From the IMG/VR virus record IMGVR_UViG_3300033552_000001, positions 66,131-130,130 of that record: DNA of 64,000 nucleotides; one strand, written 5' to 3'. Under the pieces are notes generated by a model. It made no database searches, was not told the origin of the DNA, and worked only from the letters and a program-made list of their open reading frames with translations. A program made the translations under genes and the position numbers. The DNA comes from a virus. Every line of letters starts with the position of its first letter. The first letter of the stretch is position 1. Shown here one piece after another: positions 1 to 10,424 of this stretch.

Positions 1-2985
1 TTACAGGCACAACAACAAGCATTAGCTAATGTTGAAACAATGGATGGTAAAATAGCTGATACTCCTGCTTCACTTACTTATTTAGATACTGTATTAAAAG
101 AATTTCCTTTGGGAACTGTTGAAACAAACATCACTCCCAAGTATTTACTATCAGATGATGGTAAAACATTTGTTGCAGGTATTAAAAAGAAATTCAATGT
201 GCATTCAATGTTTGCTCATATAATTACTCATAGAAACACTACTACTGGTAAAAAGAATATCGGCCCTGATGTTAACTGGAATTTATTAGATATTGTATTG
301 AATAGACTTGATGTACAAATCAATCCTAAGAATGCTGTTATGGTTGAAATTAATGGAAAACAAGAATCATTTGATTCTCTTCAGTTATTTTTAAATCATA
401 AAATGGAAAATGGTGGTGAATTTTTAAGAGTATTTGATGTACTATCCACTATGATTTCTGCTGCAACTGATGAGGCTAAAGAGCAATTAAATGCAAGATA
501 TGGACTTACTATTGATGCTTTAAATGCAATTCTTCCTTTTGTTGCTATGGGAGGAAATCTTTCTATTGGAATTGCCTTAGTAAATCAACCAGTTATTAAA
601 GAATTTTTAGCTTTTAAAGCCAAGAAGAATTATGCTGTTTTAACAAAAAAAGAAACTGGATATAAATATTTTAACAATGAAAAGATTATTGAAGAAATGT
701 TTAAATCACAAGATGCTTATGAAATTATAAAAGCATCAGAACTTGTATTTTCAATAGATGATTTAGCCAAAGGACTTAGACCAAAACAATATGCTGAATC
801 AACAAAAGAAATAAAAATGGCAATGTTAAGAGACTTTTTAAAGTTGTCAGAAATAACTGAATATGGAAATAATGTAGTGGGAGCAATTAAGCTTAAAAAA
901 GGACTTTCTACTGATATTTATGCTTTTAATGATACCTTAGAAAAATTGGCTAAAATACAATATGAACCAGGAAGTACAGAAGATACATCACCATTTTTTA
1001 TTAAAGAAGAAATTAAAAACAATCCATTAGCAAAAGAAATCAAAGGTAAAATAGAAATAGTAGAAAGAATTAATGAAGCTTTGCCAAAACTTCTTGCTAT
1101 AAAATCTCCAATATTTGAAGCACTTAGAGCTTCTATTAAGACACAAGCAAAGGAAAATTGGAATAATGTTGAATTAAAAGAATTGGATAGTGAATTAGAA
1201 TCATTTATTTACAGCCAAATGCTTTATAAATCATTAGAAGAGGCTGGAAACTATGATGCATTATTATTAAAGTATTTAAAATCAGGACTTACAGATCCTA
1301 CTGATGATAATAACATTGTTAATGTATTTACAAAATTTAAAACAGCTATTGCAAATGATCCTACTTTAAATAACAATTCTTTAATTAAGAAATTAGAATT
1401 ATTAACAGAAAGTGGTACATCATTTTTAAAACTAAATCAATTAGTTAAATTAAATGATAATCAAATGACTGATTTAGCTGATGCATTTACTTTTTTAGCT
1501 AATAGACCATTTTCAATAAATGAAGGAATATCACCATTAGAATTGACAAAGGCTTTACAAGCATTGTATATTATTAAAGATGGTATGCAATTTAAATACA
1601 CAGGTATTACTAAAATATTTCCTGTTGAAGTATTTACAAGAATGTCTGAAAATATTGAAAAAGTAATAAAGAATGGTGAAGATGTAAAAGAATTATTTAC
1701 TACAGCAACATTTAACGAATTTCAAAGAAGATATTTTGAATCTGTTAAACATAAAAGTAGTAGTAAAACAATTACAATTTATGATGTTAAAGGAAAAAAT
1801 GATGAGTATTTATTTGAATTAGATAAAATTACTGGTGCAAGTTTAGCTATTTATACTGAACAGAAAGGAAGTGGAATAACAGTTGATAAGAAAGGTAATT
1901 TACTAAGATATATTACATTAAAAATTGGTAAAGATTCTTACAGTATGAAGCTTATTTCTAATGATGGATTAACATCTGTTTACAATGAATACAAACCACT
2001 TGGTACTTCTAATAGTACTTTAATGGGACTTCCTATTGAAAATAATGTATTTGTCAGTACTGATAGAAAAGAAGTTTCTTTACCAAGTGATAGTGAAAAG
2101 CTTGTAGTTTTTGAAGGAAATATTAACTTTACAGAAATTAATAACAATCAAGATGGACAAAGAACAAAAGGACAGGATAAAATTAATCAAAGACTATTAT
2201 CAGATTCAGAAAGACGAAATATTGATAGATTATCATCAATACGAAATAAGGAAATGGAAACACAAGCCTTGTCAGGGATTATTTTGTATGCTGATTCCAA
2301 TAAAAAAGGAATTATATCAAAAACTAATAAAGAAGGAAACATTAAAGTGTTTAAAGTGGACAGCTCTGAGTCCTTATTATCAGTTATACAACAAAAGCTT
2401 AATGACAGGAACACCCTCAACGGAAAAATATTTGCAGAACTTAAAAGAGTGGCTGACACCAAATTGGTAGTTGATAATAACGGGCATTTTATTTATGTTA
2501 CTGGAGATAATATGTATATTAATCCTAAAGCAATGTTTGAACATTTAAAAACAGAAAATGGTGAAAATTATTTAGACACATTGTTATTTGAGGAATTAAT
2601 TCATATTATTACTAATCAATTAATTACTTTTCAAGAAAAAATAAAATTAACAAAAGATCAATTAAAAAAAGACTCTGCTTTTGTCACTAAAGTTGCAAAT
2701 GTTTATCCTACAAAAAATTCTTATGAAGCATATTTTGAGTATATAAGAGTAATGGTTCAACAAGAACTAATAGGAACAACTACTTTAAAAGAAAGAATAA
2801 CATGGGATGAAACTGCCATTAAAATATTTAATGAGCTTATGGAATTTATTTTTTCAGTAATTGAAACAAGAAACACTAAAAAATTAATTAAAAAACACGT
2901 TAATTATATTAATGAAATTAAGAATCAATCAAACCAAGAACAACAATCAGATACAGAATTAAAAATTTGTGAAGGTAATAAATAA
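1..2985 (+). CDS. C-terminal part of crAss-like virion (non-canonical two-barrel) RNA polymerase; gene is 5'-truncated by the window
   Basis: Frame is open from base 1. LSTMISAATDEAKEQLNARYGL...AMG...LVNQPVIKEF matches the AxxDxAK...G...NQP signature that follows the catalytic motif in crAss-like/phi14:2 gp66-type RNAPs. Degenerate zincin-like LFEELIHIIT near the C-terminus. The DxDxD motif is not in the window. Confidence 0.72.
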   Translation, partial: LQAQQQALANVETMDGKIADTPASLTYLDTVLKEFPLGTVETNITPKYLLSDDGKTFVAGIKKKFNVHSMFAHIITHRNTTTGKKNIGPDVNWNLLDIVLNRLDVQINPKNAVMVEINGKQESFDSLQLFLNHKMENGGEFLRVFDVLSTMISAATDEAKEQLNARYGLTIDALNAILPFVAMGGNLSIGIALVNQPVIKEFLAFKAKKNYAVLTKKETGYKYFNNEKIIEEMFKSQDAYEIIKASELVFSIDDLAKGLRPKQYAESTKEIKMAMLRDFLKLSEITEYGNNVVGAIKLKKGLSTDIYAFNDTLEKLAKIQYEPGSTEDTSPFFIKEEIKNNPLAKEIKGKIEIVERINEALPKLLAIKSPIFEALRASIKTQAKENWNNVELKELDSELESFIYSQMLYKSLEEAGNYDALLLKYLKSGLTDPTDDNNIVNVFTKFKTAIANDPTLNNNSLIKKLELLTESGTSFLKLNQLVKLNDNQMTDLADAFTFLANRPFSINEGISPLELTKALQALYIIKDGMQFKYTGITKIFPVEVFTRMSENIEKVIKNGEDVKELFTTATFNEFQRRYFESVKHKSSSKTITIYDVKGKNDEYLFELDKITGASLAIYTEQKGSGITVDKKGNLLRYITLKIGKDSYSMKLISNDGLTSVYNEYKPLGTSNSTLMGLPIENNVFVSTDRKEVSLPSDSEKLVVFEGNINFTEINNNQDGQRTKGQDKINQRLLSDSERRNIDRLSSIRNKEMETQALSGIILYADSNKKGIISKTNKEGNIKVFKVDSSESLLSVIQQKLNDRNTLNGKIFAELKRVADTKLVVDNNGHFIYVTGDNMYINPKAMFEHLKTENGENYLDTLLFEELIHIITNQLITFQEKIKLTKDQLKKDSAFVTKVANVYPTKNSYEAYFEYIRVMVQQELIGTTTLKERITWDETAIKIFNELMEFIFSVIETRNTKKLIKKHVNYINEIKNQSNQEQQSDTELKICEGNK

Positions 2986-3055
2986 TAATAGGTAATGTCA
3001 AAATTAATTAATACCTTTGTTGTAGTAGAATTTTCTGCTACAAAACAAAAATATA

Positions 3056-3898
3056 ATGCAAGAATTAACAAAAAACAATCAATTAGAGGTGGACAACCAG
3101 CCGTTATTAACCTCAAAGATTTTGAAATTAGATTATGAAACTCTAATTTCTCCATTTGATGAAAGTATCAAAGTAATTAGGTTTAAAAGTTTTAAGGACA
3201 AAAATGTGAATTTATTTTCTGGCACTGAAACAGCAAAAAATTTAAATCACAGTAATTTAGCAATGGCTTTATTAAGAAGTGAATGTATTCCTAATAAAGA
3301 CTATTTTGTATTGGAAAAAAAGAATTGTCCAAAAGAAATTTGGAAAGATTTTGAAGAATTAAATTTTGTTTCTAAGTTCTCTCCAAGAACAACTATTTTA
3401 TTTGAATCTGGTTATTGGAAGCTTTTAAACCATTCTGAATTACCATTAGGTTTGAAGTACAGAAATTGGGTAGCATCAGAAGTAATGCCTACTATATCAA
3501 AAACAGGAAAATATGAATTACCTAAATTTGAAATAGATACAAAATTACTATCTTCTGCAACTGAAAGATCTGTTCAACTTGAAAATAGTAAAAGTATTAA
3601 TACTTATAATTTTGAATTAGACGGTACAAAGAAAGTGATTGAGTATAATTTTAAAAACTGTTTACAAGTAACTAATAAAACTCCAAAAGAAATTAAAAAA
3701 ACTTATGGTAGACCAGATAAATCAGCAAAAGAAATATTAAGAAGAACTAATCCTGAATGTGCTATGACAATGACAATGAATGATTATTTAGTTGAAAAGT
3801 ATAATTTAGAAATAGAACAATTAAAAGAAACTGATGAATTTCTAACTAAAACATTTCAATCATTAGGTAAATTAGGAATAACATTAAAAATTCAATAA
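3056..3898 (+). CDS. Bro-N domain (antirepressor-like) DNA-binding protein
   Basis: ILFESGYWKLLNHSELPLGLKYRNWVASEVMPTISKTGKY matches the Bro-N consensus ESGLY.L...S..P.A..F..WV..EVLP.IRKTG.Y. Confidence 0.8.
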   Translation: MQELTKNNQLEVDNQPLLTSKILKLDYETLISPFDESIKVIRFKSFKDKNVNLFSGTETAKNLNHSNLAMALLRSECIPNKDYFVLEKKNCPKEIWKDFEELNFVSKFSPRTTILFESGYWKLLNHSELPLGLKYRNWVASEVMPTISKTGKYELPKFEIDTKLLSSATERSVQLENSKSINTYNFELDGTKKVIEYNFKNCLQVTNKTPKEIKKTYGRPDKSAKEILRRTNPECAMTMTMNDYLVEKYNLEIEQLKETDEFLTKTFQSLGKLGITLKIQ

Positions 3899-3905
3899 TT
3901 TTAAG

Positions 3906-3930
3906 AGCTTTTAGAAATAAAAGCTTTTTT
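3906..3930 (+). terminator. Intrinsic terminator
   Basis: AGCTTTT-agaaat-AAAAGCT followed by a T run, right after the Bro-N stop. Confidence 0.6.
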
Positions 3931-3950
3931 ATTTTAAAAAAAATATAATT

Positions 3951-6900
3951 ATGGCATGCCAAATCCCTTATCTTGATAATAAATATCAAGGAGAACAATT
4001 AAAATCATTAAGAAGTAAACATATTAAATTAGTAAAAGATATTATTTCTTCTAAATTATTTTATAGAAAGAATAATCATTTACAATTATCAAGAGATTTA
4101 ACTTCTGATGTAAGAAAACAACAAGAAGCTTTTGTTGCTACAATTCCTGAATTATCAGTTGTTAAATCAGATTTATCTTTTGATATTTTATCATTAAAAG
4201 TTGATGTTGTACAACAAACAAATGATATTCAATATCAAAAAGAGAATACAGAAAAGATTGCAAATGAAGAAGAAATAAATTATAATTATACTACCCAAGA
4301 AGTATCAAAAGATAAAAATATTGATAGGTTTTTTACTAATAATAAAACAACTGTAGAAGAAGTGTTGGGTAAAATAACTCAACCTCAATTAAGAATATTA
4401 GCTAATGCATTATTAAAACTTTTAACACCTGCTCAAAGAAAATTAGCAGTAAATCTTGTTGATAGTGGTAATTTTAGAGGGCTTATTTCTCCAAATTCAG
4501 GAGTAATACAAATAAATAGAAATGCTAATTTTCCAAAAGGAGATGCTTCTAAAACTATTATACATGAGATAATACATTTGATGACTATACAATACTTGTC
4601 AAGTAATAAATCAAGTGAATTGTATAAAGACTTTGATAAATTATATCAATATGCAAAAAAAATATTATTAGCACAAAATAAACCTTTTTATGGTATTACT
4701 AACATTGATGAATTTATTGCTGAAGCATTGTCTAATGGTGAATTTATTAAAGAACTTTCTTTGATGGGTTCATTAAAAGGAATTGAAAAATATGATAATT
4801 TATTTAGTGAATTTGTTGAAAAAGTATTGGAAGTAATTAAAAAAGTATTTGGTTCTAAAAATGATAATTTATACAATCAAATATCTTCTTTGGCTTCACA
4901 AATTATTGCTTTAAATGAAGATTTATCATCACAAAGCCTTGATTCATTTGATGAAGAAAGTAGTATGTATGATGCAGATAATGTGCCTCCAAATCAAGAT
5001 GATGAAGCTGTAAATGAAAATACTGAATTTAGTAAATACCTTTCAAATGAAGAAAATGAAGCTACATTTGTTAAAATGATTAATGGTATTAAAATTAAAT
5101 TTAATGACTATTTAGGACTTTTACAAGAATCAATGGTTGAATACCCATCTTCTGAAAAAGAAGTGAAATATGCTGAATTAAATGCTTTAAGAAAAATATT
5201 AAATAATGAAACTACAAAAGATGCTATCATTGGACTTAATAATTATATTACACAATCCACTCAATGGATTGATTCTATTAGTAATGAGTATTTTAATAAT
5301 GATAAAAATGTATTAGCTGATGTAAAAGCATTAGAAGCATTACCAGAAGGTGAATTTAAACAAGCTGAAATACAAAGACTTACAAGAGTACTTAATAAAA
5401 CAAAACATTTTCTTTCTTTATTCAATGATTTAGATGAATTTAAAACTGAATTAAATAGATCTGGATTTCTTCCTGATGATAAATACAATACTAAATTCTT
5501 TAATAATAGAGAATTGTTTGCAAAAGAAATGGAAGCTATTGGTGCAAAAAGTATTATTGATATTACTTATGATGCAATTGCTAGAAGTAATTTTACTACA
5601 GAAGGTATTAAAAACCTTATATTTTTTAATCAGTATAATGGTAAATTAAATACCATTTCTTATGAAGAAGGTGAGATTTTTAGAGATAAAGTGAATGAAA
5701 TGTTTAAAAGGAATGTAAACAAAACATTTACTTCTCAAATGTCAGAAGCATTAGGTAAAGCTGAAAGACTTAAAAAAGAAATTAATAATCTGCATTACAC
5801 CTTAGCAACTGATTGGTTATTTCCTTTATATGACCAACAACAATCAAAATTAGCAGTTGATAGTCTAATGAGAGTATCAAAAGCAAAATTTAAGGCATTA
5901 CTAAAACTTTCTGATAAAGATGAGAATACAGTTGTATCTTGGATTGAAGCTACTATACAGTCAAAAGACCCATTAGTTGCCACTGTAGCCAAGAAAATAG
6001 CTGATGGCTTAAGAGAGGTTGACTTAGAGAATTATAAGCTCTCTGTGGAGATTACCAATGAAAGAGCTGCTTCTGGATTTGATCAAATGAAACCACAAGA
6101 AGTAACCCAAGCTTACAATGAAATGACTAATTTGGTTACTCAATTGGTAGTGGATGACTTTGGTAATCCAGTTCAATTAACTGATGATGATTTAAGAGAA
6201 GGAGTTAAAATTAATACCTTGCAAGGAGAAAAAAGATATTTAACTGTACAAACAAAAGCATGGAAAACTGGGGAACATACTTCATTAGCAGATGCTTATA
6301 AAAAGTTAGTTTCTAATTTAATTTACAGAAAAAATAAAGATGAGAAGGGAGTAGAAATTCCTTCCTTGATTAATCAATTAATGGAAGTTGCTTTTAATGA
6401 TAAAAATGAATTAGATGCAACATCATTGGCTAAATTTATTACAGCTAATCAAAAAATAATGCCTGAATTATGGGAAATGAGATTTGTATTATTTAAAACA
6501 TTAAAAGATGGACTTGCTTTAGAAAATGGTAAATATTACAATTATAATCCAGCATTATTAAAAAGTTTGGCTGAATCAAAGGATAAAAAACAGCATTTAA
6601 AGAAAGTAATTGAAGGACAATTGTGGAGAGTGCTACATTTTAATAAAACATATACAGCAAAAACACAAGATGAAGTAACAAAATTGCTTATAAATAATGG
6701 AATTACAATTGCTAATGTTAATAAACCATCTAAATACTTAGATGATAACACAGCTGTAAGTGATAACATAAATAGTTTTAAATTTAATGTAAATAAAAAT
6801 CAAGCAGGTGCTTATGTATCAGTTGAAAGAGGTGGTGAAACCTTGTATTTATATAAAGATAAAAGTGGTGTAATGAGATTTGATACTTATGAAGAGATAG

Positions 6901-9086
6901 ATAAGGATGAAATAGCTTTTGTGTACTACAAGAAAAATGACTTAATTGATTTACAACCACAATTTAAATTACCTATATATAATGGAGTACATGACAAATA
7001 TTTTAAATTTTTGTATAAAGAATATCAAAGACAAAATAAAAAACTTGGTAATAATAGAAATAAACATGGAATTGTTTCACAACAACAAAAATCAGGAACA
7101 GGACTTTCACAAGTAAAATCAGTTGGTGGACTATTTCAAGATGTATTAGATTGGATTGCCAACATCTATACTAAAATTATTGATGGATGGAATGAAAGAT
7201 TTAATACCCCTGATCAAAATGATGATGCAGAAAAAACTGCTTATGAGGCAGAATATTTAAATGGAAGTAAAGTACAAAAAGTAGGTATGGCTTTTACTAC
7301 CAGACTTGAAAATCAAGAAGATGTAGAAACAGATTTATCATTTTCATTAATGGCATTTAACATGATGGTGAATCAAAACCAGAAGTTAAAATCTTTTGAT
7401 GCACAAATGCAAGTGGTTAAAACTATTGTTATGGGTGATGCTTTATTAGGTATTTCGCCAAGACTTACTAAAAAACAAGATGCTTTTGGTAATTTCTTTA
7501 GAAAAAGAAGAAGTGGTAAATATGATGATGAAGATAACTTTAAAAAGGATTTGTCTACCAATTTAAATAATAAGATAATAGAATTTATTGATGAGATGAT
7601 GTATGATGAAGCTGAATATGCTGCTTTTGGATTACTAGGTATTAGTAGTAAGAAAGTAGGAGCTGTAATTGGCAATTATGCTACCTTCACTAGTTTGGCT
7701 TTAAATTTTAGTACTATGTTCTCTAACATTCTAAATGGTAAAATATCCACTTATTTAGAAGGTATTCAAGGTAATTATTTTAATAGAGATATTTGGGTAG
7801 CCAGTGAGTTAGAATACTGGAAAGCCATGAAAAACTTTGATCAATATAAAGATTTTGTTAGTCCAAACATGAAAGACAAATCATTAATAGGTCAATTAAC
7901 CATCCTCCTTGATGCCATACAGGGAGAATATTCAGAGGGTAAGTCAATTGATCAATTAAGAAAAAAGAAGCTGTCAGATGCTCCTAAATCAGCTTTATTT
8001 TTCACACAAGATGCTGCTGAAAATTGGATACAGGTTGTAAACATGATTGCCATGTTGAAAGCAGAGAAATCACCCACCCATGAGAATTTATGGGAAGAAT
8101 TCAATGCTAATTTTAAAAGTAATAATGATTTAATCACTATTGATAATATTGATTTACAGAGCAGAATTTTACAATTTCAAGGTAAACTACATTCAGTGAA
8201 TAAAAGACTCAATGGTGCTTATGCAAAGATTGATAAGAGTAGATTACAGAGAAGGTGGTTTGGTAAGCTTGCCTTAATGTTTAGAAAATACATTTGGCAA
8301 TTTGCAAAAGCAAGATTTGATGGAGAACAAATAGATGTGGATAGTGGTGATGTTACCAGAGGATATGTAAGTGCTTATTATGCTGATTTAGTAAAAGATT
8401 TAAAAGACAATAAGAATTTCTTTTATAGAGCTGGTAGAATAGTGAAACAAATTGGAGTAGATAACAAAAGAATTGCATTAGGTACTGTAAATGCTTTGAC
8501 ATTTGGTGCATTAAACAAAGCAATTGATGTAAACAAATGGTATGGCTTTAAAAACATGAAAGAAAGGGAAATAGGAGAAGCAAGAAGACTTATCACTGAA
8601 ATGTCACTCTTCACTGCTTTCACCTTATTAGGAGCAGTATTAGGAGCAATTGGAGATGATGATGATGAAGAAAAGAAAGGATGGACATTAACACAATTAG
8701 AATTAATTGCAAGAAGACAAAGAAGTGATTTGGGAGTGTTTTTACCAACTATGGTGAATATTCCAACCACTAACTTTATACCAGGTTTAGCCACTGTTAA
8801 CTTTGTAACTAAAACAGTAGCCAGTCCAATTCCTGCTATGAGAGCTTACACTAATTTAGTAGCCACATTATCACAACTCACTGATGTAGAATACAAAGAT
8901 GGTGGTGTTAATTTTACAGCTAATGATGAGTATGAACAAAAAGGAATGGGATATGAAAAAGGAGATATGAAAATTGTAAGAAAATTAGAGAAATCTGTAA
9001 TTGCTCCTTTATGGCAAACAATTAAATTCTTAAATCCAGAAGAGCAGTTGAAAATTTTAGAAATGTTGAATAAAAATGCACAGTAA
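3951..9086 (+). CDS. Giant crAss-like virion cargo/ejection protein with zincin-like HExxH motif
   Basis: 1711 aa, mostly helical, next to the vRNAP gene. TIIHEIIHLMT plus downstream EFIAEALSN (zincin third-ligand pattern). C-terminal hydrophobic segment (LFTAFTLLGAVLGAIG) as in ejected cargo proteins. Confidence 0.7.
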   Translation: MACQIPYLDNKYQGEQLKSLRSKHIKLVKDIISSKLFYRKNNHLQLSRDLTSDVRKQQEAFVATIPELSVVKSDLSFDILSLKVDVVQQTNDIQYQKENTEKIANEEEINYNYTTQEVSKDKNIDRFFTNNKTTVEEVLGKITQPQLRILANALLKLLTPAQRKLAVNLVDSGNFRGLISPNSGVIQINRNANFPKGDASKTIIHEIIHLMTIQYLSSNKSSELYKDFDKLYQYAKKILLAQNKPFYGITNIDEFIAEALSNGEFIKELSLMGSLKGIEKYDNLFSEFVEKVLEVIKKVFGSKNDNLYNQISSLASQIIALNEDLSSQSLDSFDEESSMYDADNVPPNQDDEAVNENTEFSKYLSNEENEATFVKMINGIKIKFNDYLGLLQESMVEYPSSEKEVKYAELNALRKILNNETTKDAIIGLNNYITQSTQWIDSISNEYFNNDKNVLADVKALEALPEGEFKQAEIQRLTRVLNKTKHFLSLFNDLDEFKTELNRSGFLPDDKYNTKFFNNRELFAKEMEAIGAKSIIDITYDAIARSNFTTEGIKNLIFFNQYNGKLNTISYEEGEIFRDKVNEMFKRNVNKTFTSQMSEALGKAERLKKEINNLHYTLATDWLFPLYDQQQSKLAVDSLMRVSKAKFKALLKLSDKDENTVVSWIEATIQSKDPLVATVAKKIADGLREVDLENYKLSVEITNERAASGFDQMKPQEVTQAYNEMTNLVTQLVVDDFGNPVQLTDDDLREGVKINTLQGEKRYLTVQTKAWKTGEHTSLADAYKKLVSNLIYRKNKDEKGVEIPSLINQLMEVAFNDKNELDATSLAKFITANQKIMPELWEMRFVLFKTLKDGLALENGKYYNYNPALLKSLAESKDKKQHLKKVIEGQLWRVLHFNKTYTAKTQDEVTKLLINNGITIANVNKPSKYLDDNTAVSDNINSFKFNVNKNQAGAYVSVERGGETLYLYKDKSGVMRFDTYEEIDKDEIAFVYYKKNDLIDLQPQFKLPIYNGVHDKYFKFLYKEYQRQNKKLGNNRNKHGIVSQQQKSGTGLSQVKSVGGLFQDVLDWIANIYTKIIDGWNERFNTPDQNDDAEKTAYEAEYLNGSKVQKVGMAFTTRLENQEDVETDLSFSLMAFNMMVNQNQKLKSFDAQMQVVKTIVMGDALLGISPRLTKKQDAFGNFFRKRRSGKYDDEDNFKKDLSTNLNNKIIEFIDEMMYDEAEYAAFGLLGISSKKVGAVIGNYATFTSLALNFSTMFSNILNGKISTYLEGIQGNYFNRDIWVASELEYWKAMKNFDQYKDFVSPNMKDKSLIGQLTILLDAIQGEYSEGKSIDQLRKKKLSDAPKSALFFTQDAAENWIQVVNMIAMLKAEKSPTHENLWEEFNANFKSNNDLITIDNIDLQSRILQFQGKLHSVNKRLNGAYAKIDKSRLQRRWFGKLALMFRKYIWQFAKARFDGEQIDVDSGDVTRGYVSAYYADLVKDLKDNKNFFYRAGRIVKQIGVDNKRIALGTVNALTFGALNKAIDVNKWYGFKNMKEREIGEARRLITEMSLFTAFTLLGAVLGAIGDDDDEEKKGWTLTQLELIARRQRSDLGVFLPTMVNIPTTNFIPGLATVNFVTKTVASPIPAMRAYTNLVATLSQLTDVEYKDGGVNFTANDEYEQKGMGYEKGDMKIVRKLEKSVIAPLWQTIKFLNPEEQLKILEMLNKNAQ

Positions 9087-9111
9087 TAAGTAAATTAGAT
9101 AATAATAATAG

Positions 9112-9141
9112 AAAGATCAATTTAATAAATTGGTCTTTTTT
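9112..9141 (+). terminator. Intrinsic terminator
   Basis: AAAGATCAATTT-aat-AAATTGGTCTTT plus T run after the cargo gene. Confidence 0.7.
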
Positions 9142-9239
9142 GTTTTAAAAATAATCATATATTGTCAATAAATAAAGTGTAAGAATCTTTTAAGAAGAGG
9201 AATTTGTAACTATTTAAAAATCAGCATATTATACGAAGT

Positions 9240-9282
9240 TTTTTCACAAAAATGTTGGAAATTTTAATTATTTTTCACAAAA
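9240..9282. repeat. 12-bp direct repeat TTTTTCACAAAA x2, 31 bp apart
   Basis: Copies at 9240-9251 and 9271-9282 in the intergenic region upstream of the RepL-like gene. Confidence 0.6.
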
Positions 9283-9315
9283 GTGTGACCATATCATTAT
9301 TTTTAGTTACCTTTA
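9283..9315 (+). promoter_or_regulatory. Possible Bacteroidota sigma-A-type promoter
   Basis: TACCTTTA (9308-9315) resembles the TAnnTTTG -7 box; TGTG about 20 bp upstream resembles the -33 TTTG. Confidence 0.35.
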
Positions 9316-9337
9316 TAAAAACATAAACAGCAAGAAA

Positions 9338-9880
9338 ATGAAAGGAAATTATGATTATGAGGCTAACATTTTATTAAAACATGATGAAGAGCCAGCTAAG
9401 ATTAATCTTAGAACAGGGGAGGTAACTACTATTTATAATAAGACTCCTTTAAAAAAGAAAGTAAAAATAGCAGATGATATGATTAAATTTGAAAAAGATG
9501 GTGTATTTGCAAAAAGTTATAATATTAGTTGGCTTTATTTAAAAAAAGAACTTACTGTTTTAGAATATTCAGCAGCTCATAATTTAGCATTGGAAGCAAA
9601 AGCTTTTACAAACAGTTTAGAACCTATAAATGATAATACAATTTTGGAACATCTTCAAGTAATACTTAATGTAAGTATCAATAAAGTAAAAGGTGTTTTA
9701 AGTACTTTATTTGATTATGGTGTTTATGGTAAATTTGAAATAGCTGATTCTAAAAAAAGACATACAAAATTTTGGGTGTTAAATCCTTATTTAAATTTTA
9801 ATGGTCAAATGATTGATAGAAATATAGTTAGTTTATTTGATAATACTAAAATTGCTCAAGCATATAGAGGAGAAATATAA
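9338..9880 (+). CDS. RepL-like winged-helix DNA-binding protein
   Basis: INLRTGEV N-terminal motif, central HTH-like segment and C-terminal FWVLNPYLNFNG typical of RepL-type proteins. Confidence 0.5.
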   Translation: MKGNYDYEANILLKHDEEPAKINLRTGEVTTIYNKTPLKKKVKIADDMIKFEKDGVFAKSYNISWLYLKKELTVLEYSAAHNLALEAKAFTNSLEPINDNTILEHLQVILNVSINKVKGVLSTLFDYGVYGKFEIADSKKRHTKFWVLNPYLNFNGQMIDRNIVSLFDNTKIAQAYRGEI

Positions 9881-9881
9881 A

Positions 9882-10385
9882 ATGATATACTTAATTCATA
9901 ACACAAATAATAACACTTTAAAGATAGGTAAGTCAAAAAATCCTGAAATAAGATTAAAATCTTTATTGACTTCTACTGCTGATAATCTAGTACTACTTAA
10001 AATTATTGAAGGTAATAATGATTCTATTTTTAAAAATATTTATAAAGATTATCATTTTATCAGAGAATGGTATAATTATTCAGATTACATAGTTAATGAT
10101 TTTGAAAATCACTGTTTAATTAAGCAACAAGGTTATAAAATACATTCAAGTAAAAGCAATAGAGATGAAGGTTATATAAATATAGTTTTTACTTTATTTG
10201 ATAAAAACAAAACTGAAAATTTATTTAAAGACATAAAAAAAGAATTTAGTTGTATATATCATCATTTAAGTTTTGATGATACTGTTAAACTAAAATTATG
10301 TCATAAATATATTTTAACCTCAAACTTAACAATAAAAAGAAATAAATTTATTTATGATCAACACTTGAGATTAGAAAATCAATAA
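9882..10385 (+). CDS. T5orf172/MUG113-type GIY-YIG domain protein
   Basis: MIYLIHNTNNNTLKIGKSKNPEIRLKSL...REWY matches the T5orf172 pattern; start moved to the ATG at 9882. Confidence 0.7.
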   Translation: MIYLIHNTNNNTLKIGKSKNPEIRLKSLLTSTADNLVLLKIIEGNNDSIFKNIYKDYHFIREWYNYSDYIVNDFENHCLIKQQGYKIHSSKSNRDEGYINIVFTLFDKNKTENLFKDIKKEFSCIYHHLSFDDTVKLKLCHKYILTSNLTIKRNKFIYDQHLRLENQ

Positions 10386-10424
10386 AAAATTAAAAGAAAA
10401 TAAACAAAAATAAATAAAACAATT

